In this document: piece by piece, positions 26,133-37,124 of the stretch | How the letters are laid out: every line of letters begins with the position of its first letter | Position numbering within the stretch: the stretch's first letter is position 1 | Origin: Phoronis australis | Lineage: Eukaryota > Animalia > Phoronida | DNA: 64,000 nt | Direction: 5' to 3' | NCBI GenBank assembly: GCA_002633005.1 | Contig: NMRA01000478.1 | Coordinates: 188,264 to 252,263 of the forward strand | Notes under the pieces: model-generated | The model's input: the letters and a program-made list of their open reading frames with translations, nothing else | Databases searched by the model: none | What the model was told of the DNA's origin: nothing | Made by a program: the position numbers and the translations under genes

Positions 26133-26270
26133 CATGGGCGGCGCAGCACTGAGAAAAGTGGGGGGCTAAAGTCCCTCAGCCCCCTGTGGTGCACCGCCTA
26201 TAGACCATGTGCGTCCTAGCACTGAAAAAGTGGGGCTATGCCCCCAGCCCCCTATGGTGCGCCGCCCATG
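26133..26270. mobile_element. 138-bp hAT MITE with canonical 8-bp TSD
   Basis: TIR catgggcggcgc; TSD ATTGGCAC. Related pieces at about 4250-4390 and 22355-22430. Confidence 0.88.
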
Positions 26271-26699
26271 ATTGGCACTTGGCAAATTCTAATTTCAAAG
26301 CGAAGGTTTTTACATAAACGTAAAAGCAGAAGAAAAACACTTTCACATAAGAAAAGTGATGTATTTTTGGTGCAAATGCTCTTATTAACTGTTAAAGTGT
26401 TGTCTGAAATAAATTCGTGTAATTCTGTTCAACTTTGCTCAGTCTATTCGTGTTTCATTGGCACTATGCCCCCGGTTCTAAAGGGACACGCTCGGAAAAC
26501 GTGTTTTTGATTTTATCGTTGGATGTGGTGAACTTCTTGAAGTGTTTTTGTGATTGAAAGCAATCGCCTATTCTTACTTTCAATTGGCTGCAATCCATTG
26601 GCTGAAATGGAGGCCGGTAACTTTACCGGTCACATACGCTTAACATACTCTGTCATGTAGTGAATCGAGTTGGGTTTGATTTCACTGAGCAAAGTGTTA

Positions 26700-26955
26700 G
26701 ATGGCTTGTTTGAGGGCTACCTGAAATCGCGGCCAATTTCTCAGTTGCTACACAGCAATGCACAATTGCAACAGGGGGCCACCATCTTGAAGAAGGGTGC
26801 AGCTACAGCCGAGAAAGTGGCCTTTTTTCATTCTCAACATTTTCATAAATACAAACGAACCACATGCAGTGTCTACTGACAAAATGCCCCAAACTTGGCC
26901 TACCCCAAAATTTTAATATTTTGGGAGTGCAAATTGGCCGCCTAACTGTTCAGTA
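26700..26955. repeat. Dispersed repeat; inverted copy at about 41945-42190
   Basis: ggcttgtttgagggctacctgaaatcgcggccaatttctca matches the reverse complement of 42147-42187, and the match extends about 250 bp. Confidence 0.8.
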
Positions 26956-29900
26956 CCACCAGAGTGTACCGGAAGTACCCTTTTTATGCGCATGTGGATA
27001 CAGTACATTATGTCAAAGGCGCGAAATAGTGTACACAGAAAAGAGCGTACCATTACATTTAGACTTTTGTTTCGGGATTTCTGACCTCTGTACTGTTTCT
27101 ATTCCTGGAAATTGTGTAATTGGTCTGGATTTATGTTTCCGCATTTTATTTACCATTATGGATTTTTGTTTGTAAATGAGTAGTTATTACTGACATTTGA
27201 GCCCCTGTTGCAGTTTGGCTAGATTTGTTCACCTTTCTTTCTGCCTAGGTTGTAAACCCACATTCCGTCCAGGAGGTAGTTTTGATTTAGACCATTTACC
27301 TCTATAAACTTTTCTCAATTTGTTCCTAATCTAGATGGGAAGTGATTTCTGGAATTGCAGCAAATTGACAGTTTGCTGTTCCTTGAGACCAAGTTGTATG
27401 CATAAAATCACACATTATTAGACAAGCCATCTTATAGAGATGTCCACTTCAAATGATTTTTTGTTGCAGTACTGAAAGGTGTTTCCACATTAGCTCTGGT
27501 GACTCCTTAGTTTTTGTGAATTGATCATTTTATGGTTCCCTTGAGTAATTTCGTAACTGGTTTAGCATGTATGTACAACTGCAATCGCAAGGCAATTGTA
27601 ATGCAAACCATGTTGCAAAAGTATTTTTTCCATGACCATTTTATTGCAAAAATGCTGTGTAATTGGAACCGACAAGCCAATTTTTCATTTTGTGGTGGTT
27701 ATTTGTTGATAAGAACATTGATGTGGTACATAATTCTTCGAACAAACAGCCACCTCAAGTTTGTGAATAAGAAGAAATTTACAGTGTTGTCAACTACATT
27801 TCGAAATCCCTTTTTCACAGTGAGACTACATCACTTTAAGTGTAATTCCCTGACTCTATGTTTTTATGTGGTTGACTCTGTCCTGTATAAATTGTAGGGT
27901 CGAAAAAGTCTAGAAGGCATTTGTTTTTTTAGTCATAACATTTGCGCTTTTGACTGTACAGTTATCTGTTTATTGTATTATGAAAACATATTTTGTAGTA
28001 TACTTGTCCCTAGTTGGTGTTTTTATATTTTTTCATAAGGAATATTTTCAACTTAGATGAGTTGTCTGTGAGGTAGATAACTTTCAAATGAGACAAGGAA
28101 TAAAATTGACAAACACTGTGTTATCTTTAGGTGTGTCATCTTCCAGTAAGTGATTACTTTTGAAAAACCGGTGCAGAATTTGATGTTAACTCTTCATTTA
28201 AAAGGGAATAAATCCATAAACCTGCATTTTCTAGAACTTTTACTCAAACTGCATATTTATGGTTGGCGATTGGAATTTTAATACAACGGAATCTGAACTC
28301 AAATCATGAGCAATACAACACAATACATGGATATAAAAATCTGGTGTTAGGTTCCACGGGAAGGATTCGTGTGCGCGGTGAGAGTTACTGAATGGGGTTA
28401 TAAGTGTTTATGGATACTTTGGGATTCCTCTTCTGTGATTATCCACTGGAAACCTGATTGCATAGAGAACAATAGATTAGCATCTTCACTGTTCTCGTTG
28501 TTATAATAAAGATAATGACAAGCATTTATCGGTAACGATCTGATGTACGCCCAAGGATCTATATCCATGTGATCTGTGTTGTTATATCCAACAATGACAC
28601 AACAACGGAAAACAATAGTAAGGCCGATGGGCAATGAATATACATGCGACGACTTGCCATGGACAGTGGTGGAGTTTGTCTTGTCGTTCGAATGTTTTCA
28701 GAGAACTACAAACACGGTATTTCGTAAAGAAAACAAAAGACTTCTGCGGCCTTTTGTTTTAAGTGGTATAAAAATTGTTGTCATGCCACTAAACATATCA
28801 TTCATTTTATATTACAATGCATTGCATAAACATTTAATCAACAGAAAATCTGATTTGAATTTGTGTGGAGAAATGCCCACAAGGAAATTACAAGGCATAA
28901 CAACTATAAATCAAAATAACCTACATTTGCAGAGTTCATGTCTAGCCCTGTTCACTGGGGAGGACATAATCGATTTTTACAAAAATGGAGTCACGTATTG
29001 TATCTAGGTGTACTATAGTCCTAGGAGGTAAGTAATAAAACATTCAGGAGGAACCAACTCAGTACAAAATATCTAATAAAAATTAAAGACCATCTGATTT
29101 TACGTGCTGACGCAACGATCTCAGATATTTGAAACGTTCTCATTTTAGTACAATTGAGGTGCCAATGAAAGTAACGTGTTTTGACAACATTTTGGCCAAG
29201 TTTCATTCTTATAGCAGTGAATAATAGTTCAATAGCTTTCATTCTAGGAAAATGTAAACAGTTAAATTTGGACAGTTTTACAGCGTGAAAACATGGCTGC
29301 GAAGCCGTAAAATGTGTTTGAGCCCATAACTTTGGTAGAACGTAATATTTTGGGGAAAATATTTTACCACTGCTTATAGATCCAATAGGACTACCTATGT
29401 ATCAAATTTGGTGAAAATCGGCTGACCCCCACCTTGCCGCTGGATGGCTGGCGCTCTCGTGGACTAGTACTCATTCTTCCTATTAAAGACAAAGGATATT
29501 TGGTATAGATTTTAGGACACTTGTTCAATCCTAATATAAATGCCTCTCAAGATAGTATTAAAATGCACTTGTCAATTCATATAGACCAAATGGCATGGTG
29601 TGCTTTTTTCTGTAGTTTATGATGTCAAATCTGCGCAATGGATACCGGGTGTACTATTCCACAGGTACAGTATTTCCCGCAAGCAGCGGCAACTGAAGTG
29701 CTTGATTGGGTAGGTGTGATGTATGATAGAAAAGTTATGGGATAGGCTTTACTGACAGTTTCAGTTTCATAAGATTTTTCGTCTTAGGCGTTGTTAATGT
29801 CAGGTTTGTAGATCGGACTTTACGTACTTTGTAACCCGAGGGTCTACGGAACGCAATCCAGCTAGAAGTGATTGTCAAAAGTATCAAATTGTCGATAAAT

Positions 29901-32339
29901 ATTGCGAACTAAACGGATCACGCAAGCAGTCATTTTTCTAACAAAAGGCACCAACATGTGTTATCGCTTGCTTTGGAAGGCAATGCTGCCGAAGGTTAAA
30001 TATTTGGCTTTCGAAATTTAGGTCAAATTCAGGTGTTCCACCAAGATTCACGTTGATACCGATTAGCCTTGGATAGAAACTTTGAACCTTTTCATAGATT
30101 ACTAAACCATCGAGATCACCATTTTATAGCCCGAGGTAAAGTTTTGCTGTTACTGGGTAGGTCAGCGTCAAGACACGAGCGCTGAACTGGGGCGCGTAAG
30201 TAAAACTTCTAAACATTATTCGCTTTCTACTTTGATTGTTGCTCAATGTCATCCCGTTGTGCAACACTGACAAAAGGACGTGTGATAGTGCAATTGTCAA
30301 ACATGAATAGGTTTCTAAATTTCTTCCTTTTTTTCTTCGTATTTTTCGGCACTACACCGGTAACTTGTATCCTGCAGTTTTTGCATTACTTAGTTATTTT
30401 CTGAGCATGTATACATTTATATTTTACATAGATATATACACCCTCCCTCGAGTCTCTTTGGTTGTTGGAGAGGTCACGTTTCCGTCACATGTGGCGCAAG
30501 ATGTGTTTACACAGTTGGTTCCCAGCCTAATGAATTCGAATTCGAAATAATTTAGGTGATATTTTCTGTTCTATTTAAAATGGAAACAAGAAATGTGTCT
30601 ATTATTATTAATCTGAAATGGAGAGTGTTATAGTTTACGTGTGTGAGTAACTAGTTCTACTTTGCCGTAGTTAAAGTTAGTCCACCAACGCTGCTCCGTT
30701 GGGCAATGTTGGTATTCCTCATGTCTAACTTTCCGGGAGCTGGCGATAAAGTTTGAGTGAAAATATGCTAAAAATCAGAACGCTCCACACAAGTTCATAT
30801 GTCAATTTCAATAATAAACTTTGTCCTTGTTGATGTTTCTCAAGCCTTTACTTTTGCAATTGTTAAATTTAACCGTATTACAAGTGAAATTTGTTTGCTC
30901 ACATATTAATTTTCGTCTGTAAATAGTCACTTTTTATGGTGAAGGCCAAAACTTTTTGGCACGGTGACCTGTAATATTCATATTTAAGAAAAATTGAAAC
31001 GGGGTAATAATTGCAGTTTTGATGTTGCATTTTATATAACCTATTATTCCCAGGTAATTCTTTTCGTCCATATTGATTGGTAATTTATTTTTTAGTAGTC
31101 AAAAAGTAAAACCGCGTTTGAGCCTATCCATTTCAGGCTTATCGCCTGTATGCCTGACAACCATACGCGATGTTTTGCCTAAGTTATGTTTTTGCACTCA
31201 ATTTTTTAGATTCGTATAATTGTTGAAGTTAAGCGCATGTTCCTGTATGCTGGACATTTGAGTAGAAAAACCTGGCGAAACCTATTAGGCTACACACTTC
31301 TACTTCATATGATTCCAAGGTACACGGTACCCAGACTTCTCTGACCGCGTTCAAAATTCCTTTCACGGACACTATTCCTGTGTTACCGACGTATAGACCA
31401 CTGTTCCACCTCACTTCTCGCCTGACAATTTTATGGTTTGAGCTTAAGCTTAATTTTTAATGCTAGCGTGTTCAGCAGCCTGCCAGCGGTTTTCCCCGCG
31501 CTTGTTGAATTTAATGTAATGAAGCACAAGGAAATGTGAAATAGTGTTTTATTTTAAAGGTCGGGCCCGTTCCCAGAACCCTGACTTAGCTATGGCAGAT
31601 GTAAGTCAAATTAAGATGTTTTAAGTCCGTTCCAAAAACATGATCGGATGAGGAAATTTCAAAGTTTGGAGGTTGAGACAAAGCTTAGACTTAGGTAAAA
31701 ATGAACTCCAGTTGGTGTGTTGGAACGGGCCCGGCATGGTCTGTTTGAGCTGGCAAGAAAGTTTAATTGAAAGAATAGTTTTATAACAATGAAATTAAAC
31801 ACTTTTACAGTAGGTGCTTGAAATGCTCCGTCAGAATTTAAGCACATCTCGATGCGCCTTTCCAAAGTGAACAGCGTGCCGCTCTATGAAATACATCCGT
31901 CGAGCGAGAAGGTGACACACTGCCGAAAAACCTAGTAAGCCGCATTGAATAATGTTTTCGTAGCGCCTGCTACAGCATTTGCTCGCAATAGAATCATGCA
32001 GGTCTGAACAAATTTTCGACTCCCTAACATAAGAAGTAGAAATTAGCAACAAATTTGGGGTCTGTTTCTGGAAAATCGCCCTGTAATAAATTTGTATCAG
32101 TCGCAGATTACTATACCCAAGACGGTGTCTTTTGATGTATGGAAATATAACGCGCGATTTTGCTGGTCGCTCATATTAAAGTTTCCTGAGGGGTATGACC
32201 CAAAGTCGTAAAACTTAAATCCATGACAGGCTTTCTTTTTCAGAATACTCGTGCGTAACGCGGGTGTTCTTAGGGCCGCCCGTGTTAATAGTGGGTCTCC
32301 AACCAGCCGACATATACAAACTCCGCAACATGAATTTAA

Positions 32340-33604
32340 AAGAGAATGCCACCCGATTTAATTAGTCTTTTTTGCCGTTCAATCGGTCCATATCCACATC
32401 GCCTCTCATACGGTCGACCTTTCATTGCCGAGAGGTGTCGCGTTAACCTGTGAGGAAGGAGAGAAACGACGCAGCGACGTCAGTGGTTCATTTGCTGAGT
32501 GAATGCCGCTATGTTGCGGTGCATCGTTCCCGTTTGTCCGAAATATGCAGCTGCGAGGAAAGCGGGTATATCGTTTTATCGACTTCCTCGAGAGATCAAA
32601 ATGCTTAGGAAGTGGCTCGCGGTAGTCAAGAATGAAAAGTACGCTGTAAATAGCAAGTATGAGGCCGTGAAACATCTCCGTGTCTGTGGCCTGCAGTCGT
32701 CGACAGTGCCTGACGAATGCCAGCTTGCCAAATAACTATCCATACATGTACGTTCCGTTGTCTGAGGTTGTTCACGGCGCCTCTCTAGTATTTCTTCATC
32801 ACTGAATTCCGGTTCGAACTGCCTGTGAAACTTAACTATCCACCAACGAAGTCATCGTCGGGATGAGCTCTCATGTAAGCCGGGATTTCGAGTTGCCATA
32901 TTGACGTTTATTACTTAGCGTTCTGTTTCAAAATGAATTATTCTCACCCTAACCAATACTTATATAAAGCTGAAACAAAGTCTGGTTTCCAACTTTGGAT
33001 GGTTTATGTTCGTGTTGTCTTCAGTCCGACCGCGACGGGCCTGTTTCCGAGCCACTCAGGGGCCGGGAAAACGAGTCAGTCCGGCCGCGACTGGTCTGAT
33101 CGGTCTCCGAGCCTCTGGCCAGGATAACAAGCGTTTTGTGTGTTGCTAACTCAAAAAATCACAAGTCAAAACAACACAGATCTAGGTTTTCTTGTCTGTA
33201 TCACACGGGAAAATACTCCGAATTTATCTCCGAACGGACCCGTGGCTCCTGCTACGGACCTGCCGAACATGGTAGGCTACGGTGTGTCTATACCAATAAT
33301 TCCGTAATCAGCGAAATAAAAAAACACGCTTTTATAAGAACTCGGTGTATTTTTAAGGGTTTTACATCGAAGTTTGATGATTTATTGGTGTTAAACGATG
33401 AATTCAAGCGATAAGCTGACACCAGTAACCCGTGTTGTAAACTGCTGAACAGACTGCGTGTGAAATCAATTACGTCATTGGATAATTTCAATACCTCCGT
33501 CTGCCGTCAGGTGTCAGGTAACGCAATCGTACGTGTAGTTATCGAGTATAACTACTCGATCTAAATTGATACTAATTACGTTGTTTTTTGGGTGGCATGG
33601 TCCT
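32340..33604 (+). mobile_element. Non-autonomous Kolobok family B, copy 1
   Basis: TTAA on both sides; TIR a(a/g)ga(g/c)(a/c)atgccaccc; THAP relic MLRCIVPVC...FYRLP...W...LRVCG (+, 32510-32700) facing a KolX relic MATRNP...FEPE (-, 32745-32899). Confidence 0.85.
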
Positions 33605-33772
33605 TTAACGGTATAGACAAATACACGTTTGAATCTGGCGACTATCACGTACATGTAGATATCAGTTTTAAAACAAAACGCTTATTCATTCTGTAACTAA
33701 GATGCGCACCTTTTTGGCAAAACTTTCAACTTTTTTAAAAAGCAACAACATTTTTCCTACACATTTTACATT

Positions 33773-33890
33773 ATTGTGACTATTTGGGACATTGTGACAA
33801 TTTGGCCCTGTACTATAATGCAGGCCCAAATTGACACGCAATAGTTTGGGAAAATTGTGACAATTTGGGACGGTGTGACAATTTGGGCCT
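33773..33890. repeat. Cluster of tgtgacaatttggg motifs (four direct, one inverted), probably TE subterminal repeats
   Basis: Directly visible. Confidence 0.65.
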
Positions 33891-34410
33891 GCACAAACCC
33901 CCTTAGGGATACATTTTGCGAGTTTGTACGAAATGCGATGTTTTATCACATATTATAGACAACAGATTTGCAACTCCGACATTTTTTTCCGTACTATCCA
34001 AGAGACCTCGCCACTCTACTCAACTATTTGGTTCATTTTCCGGTTAATGTATTGTAACGGGAAATTCTCGCATGTATATTGTTTTCCAGTACAACGAAAG
34101 CAAAATAATGCTTGCGGCATTGAAACGCTGTTCAAAATCTTAAAATGGTGGAACTCTTAGTATCGTGAGTACTTTTGGCAATGCTACTACCAACCGACCA
34201 CACAACAGCTGACAAAAATTAGCAGACGAGGTACCTGCCGGAAACAATACCAGATAATTAGGCCAGGTGTCGTTAGTGGATATTGACGTAACGATGTGCG
34301 AATGAGCACAGATTTCGTCCATTGCAGAGTTGCAGAGTTGGCGGTCCACGCACTACAGTCTATGGTTTTATGTAGTAACTATGTGCTATGTACCTTTTCA
34401 GATGACCAAG

Positions 34411-37083
34411 ATGGCGACAAACGTCATCGCCTGCGCCCGGCTGACCTTGTGCTTGTTTACCATGCTGTACGTAATCCGCGGATGTTCTTCTAAGAATGAT
34501 CAATGGATGTATTACGAAACTTCCAACTGTACTGTTACATCTGAGAAAAACGAAACAATTCTCAACTGCAGCAACAGGGGTTTCTCCACTTTACCAAGGA
34601 CATATCCTATAAATGTTACCGTCTTTTATATGCGATCAAACTTCATCTCTTCTGTCCCCGCAGGTGCCTTCACAAACATAAGACACTTGAAACATCTAGA
34701 TCTTTCCTACAACCAAGCCTCACTGTCGTTCCACCAAGACAGCCTGCTGGGGTTGAATTCTCTACAGAATTTAAGCTTGATAAACGTCGCCGAGGTCTCT
34801 TTCGGCTGTCAGCAGGGGTCGTCCAGGTTGTTTCGACACACACCCTATCTCCAGAATCTCCGAATGAAAAAGTCACTGCATTTTGATACGACATGTTTGA
34901 ATTTTACGTTTCGGGATTTAACGAAGCTTCGCTATCTTTCGGTCACGTGGCCAACTGCGCCGCTTCCAAGTGGATTTTCACTTTTGAAGCAATTAGATGT
35001 ACTAGATTTGAGTGAGTCGACATTTAAACTGACTGAAAGTAATTTTCACCCACTTTCGTTTTTGAACATTTCACGTCTAGCGTTACGAAAACTTCGTCTT
35101 AAAGAATTTAACAAACAGGCGTTGAACCCTGTGTTGCACAGTCTCAAGGTTTTAGATTTTTCGTGTAACCATGATTTTGGTAACATTGTGGTGAAAACAA
35201 ACTACTTCTCGCCAATTTTGGAATGTCTTGAAAATTCTACACGCCTTGAAGTGCTAATCATTGACAACTGTTACGATTATGATGACGCCATTGGCCTGAC
35301 TGCAGAACAGTTTGTCCCACTTAAGCGAGTTCCTCTGAAGGCGCTGTCTTTGCGTCAAAACGCCATCACCATTATATCTCCATTTACAAAATATTTGAAA
35401 GGTTTGGAATATATTAACCTGGATTACAACATGCCGATGATCTTTAAGGTTCCAGGTACAATATTCAAAGATCTGGGAATGCGGAAACACTTAAAAGAGT
35501 TTCACTTTTCCCACCAATACTTGTACTCGAGAGTGACAGATGTTTGTTGGGAAGACGAGAGTGAAATATTTATGCGTGACTTCTCCAATAACGTAGCAGA
35601 CAAATCAAGACAGGGAAAGTTAAACATAAATAACATCATAGGCACTGAGTTACAGAAGAAAGGTGAATGCGAGAGGGGCGGCGTCTCGAAGTCTGAGCTC
35701 TCGGCTGAGGAAATTGTGGTGAAAAGTTGGATTCCTCTAGAGACGTTATCTGTGGTCAAAATCGGTGCACCAATCACTCCAATTATATATGAAGGGGAGA
35801 TAGTTCATGACATAAACGTATCAGATTTCGTCATAGATGGTGTGCGGGTGCTGCTGAAAAACAACTTAAAGACGCTAAACATTTCGTCAAATTTCCTCTC
35901 GTACATCGACTTTGTTCCGTACGGCTTGGATTCTTTGACAACTTTTGACATCAGCAACAACAACTTGGAATACGTGCCCGTCATGCTGTTCAGGGCGATC
36001 GGGAAGCTCGAACACCTGTTTGCGTCAAGAAATAGAATTGGATTATTGACGAATTCGCAGGATTTATCGGCAACTTTCAGCAGCCTTCCAAACATACGGA
36101 CGATTGACCTTTCCTTAAATCAGTTAAGCTCCATCCCTGAAAGCATGTTTTCGCTATGTCCTCACTTGGAACGTCTCAATGTGCAAAGAAACGGCATGAA
36201 GTCGGTGAATTTAAAATTCGCTAACCTGCAGAGTCTGAAGTTTCTGGATTTTAGCCACAATGAAATCAGCGGCTTTACAAAAGAACAGACAATCGATCTT
36301 CAGCACAGAACATTTGCATTGCAAATGAACAACAACTCTGGCTTCGAATGTTCTTGCAATAACGTTCCTTTCATAGAATGGATCCAACACGAGAGCTCGA
36401 ATGATACTGTGTTATACAAAGAAAACCTTACCTGTCTTTACAAAGACGGCAGGGAGGAAGCTGTGATTTCCGTTGATTTAGGTGGACTTTATGTTGAGTG
36501 TATTAAGGAAAGTATAATTATCATAATATCTACGCTCATATCAGTCGTTCTATGCACTGCTTTAGTAGCTTGGCGATTTCAATGGCACATCAGATATTGG
36601 GTGTACATTTTGCGAATGAAACGACGGCGTGATGGTTTTCTGGATGTTTCGAAAAAATTNTATGATCTTGCACTTTCGGTTCTTCATAAACTGGAAGAAA
36701 TGGGACTGCTTGCATTCTTTCGAGACAGAGATACTGATCTTGGAGTATGTGTTCTGGACGAGTGCTTCCGGGGAATTGAGTCTAGTAGGAAAAGTATTGT
36801 GTGTTTAACAGAAAATTATCTGAATTCTGGCCAACGTTATTTCGAGTTGCGAATGAGTATGCTACGAGGTAAAGGATTTGTTATACCCGTAGTTGTTGGC
36901 GACGTAGCTTTGGAGAAACTGTCAAAACCTCTCCGGCACTTACTACGCGATGGTGTTTACTTTGAATGGCCCACGCTCGAATCAGAAGAAAAAGACTTCT
37001 GGAAGTCTATGCTTAAGGCCGTGTTGACACCGAAAGGAATATGCATTCGTAAAAATGGTTGGTATATTTTTTCACGAAGATAA
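34411..37083 (+). CDS. Toll-like receptor, single cysteine cluster (vertebrate-type sccTLR), one coding exon, about 890 aa
   Basis: Signal peptide MATNVIACARLTLCLFTMLYVIRG; LRRNT (CTVT...LNCSNRGFSTLP); many LxxLxLxxN repeats (LKHLDLSYN, LTTFDISNN, IRTIDLSLN, LKFLDFSHN); LRRCT (FECSC...WI...LTC...C); TM IIIIISTLISVVLCTALVAW; TIR domain (RDTDLG...IESSRKSIVCLTENYL...FEL...YFEWP...FW). Start placed at ATG 34411 because a splice acceptor (ccttttcag) ends at 34401 and only this ATG is conserved in the paralog. Confidence 0.95.
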   Translation: MATNVIACARLTLCLFTMLYVIRGCSSKNDQWMYYETSNCTVTSEKNETILNCSNRGFSTLPRTYPINVTVFYMRSNFISSVPAGAFTNIRHLKHLDLSYNQASLSFHQDSLLGLNSLQNLSLINVAEVSFGCQQGSSRLFRHTPYLQNLRMKKSLHFDTTCLNFTFRDLTKLRYLSVTWPTAPLPSGFSLLKQLDVLDLSESTFKLTESNFHPLSFLNISRLALRKLRLKEFNKQALNPVLHSLKVLDFSCNHDFGNIVVKTNYFSPILECLENSTRLEVLIIDNCYDYDDAIGLTAEQFVPLKRVPLKALSLRQNAITIISPFTKYLKGLEYINLDYNMPMIFKVPGTIFKDLGMRKHLKEFHFSHQYLYSRVTDVCWEDESEIFMRDFSNNVADKSRQGKLNINNIIGTELQKKGECERGGVSKSELSAEEIVVKSWIPLETLSVVKIGAPITPIIYEGEIVHDINVSDFVIDGVRVLLKNNLKTLNISSNFLSYIDFVPYGLDSLTTFDISNNNLEYVPVMLFRAIGKLEHLFASRNRIGLLTNSQDLSATFSSLPNIRTIDLSLNQLSSIPESMFSLCPHLERLNVQRNGMKSVNLKFANLQSLKFLDFSHNEISGFTKEQTIDLQHRTFALQMNNNSGFECSCNNVPFIEWIQHESSNDTVLYKENLTCLYKDGREEAVISVDLGGLYVECIKESIIIIISTLISVVLCTALVAWRFQWHIRYWVYILRMKRRRDGFLDVSKKXYDLALSVLHKLEEMGLLAFFRDRDTDLGVCVLDECFRGIESSRKSIVCLTENYLNSGQRYFELRMSMLRGKGFVIPVVVGDVALEKLSKPLRHLLRDGVYFEWPTLESEEKDFWKSMLKAVLTPKGICIRKNGWYIFSRR

Positions 37084-37124
37084 ATCATTCAACTCCTTAA
37101 GGATAAGACCGGCAGTTGAGATTC

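Noticed and set aside
34330-34410. ORF-track N-terminal extension of the TLR
   Set aside because: It starts at a non-ATG codon and crosses a splice acceptor; the signal peptide and the paralog point to ATG 34411.
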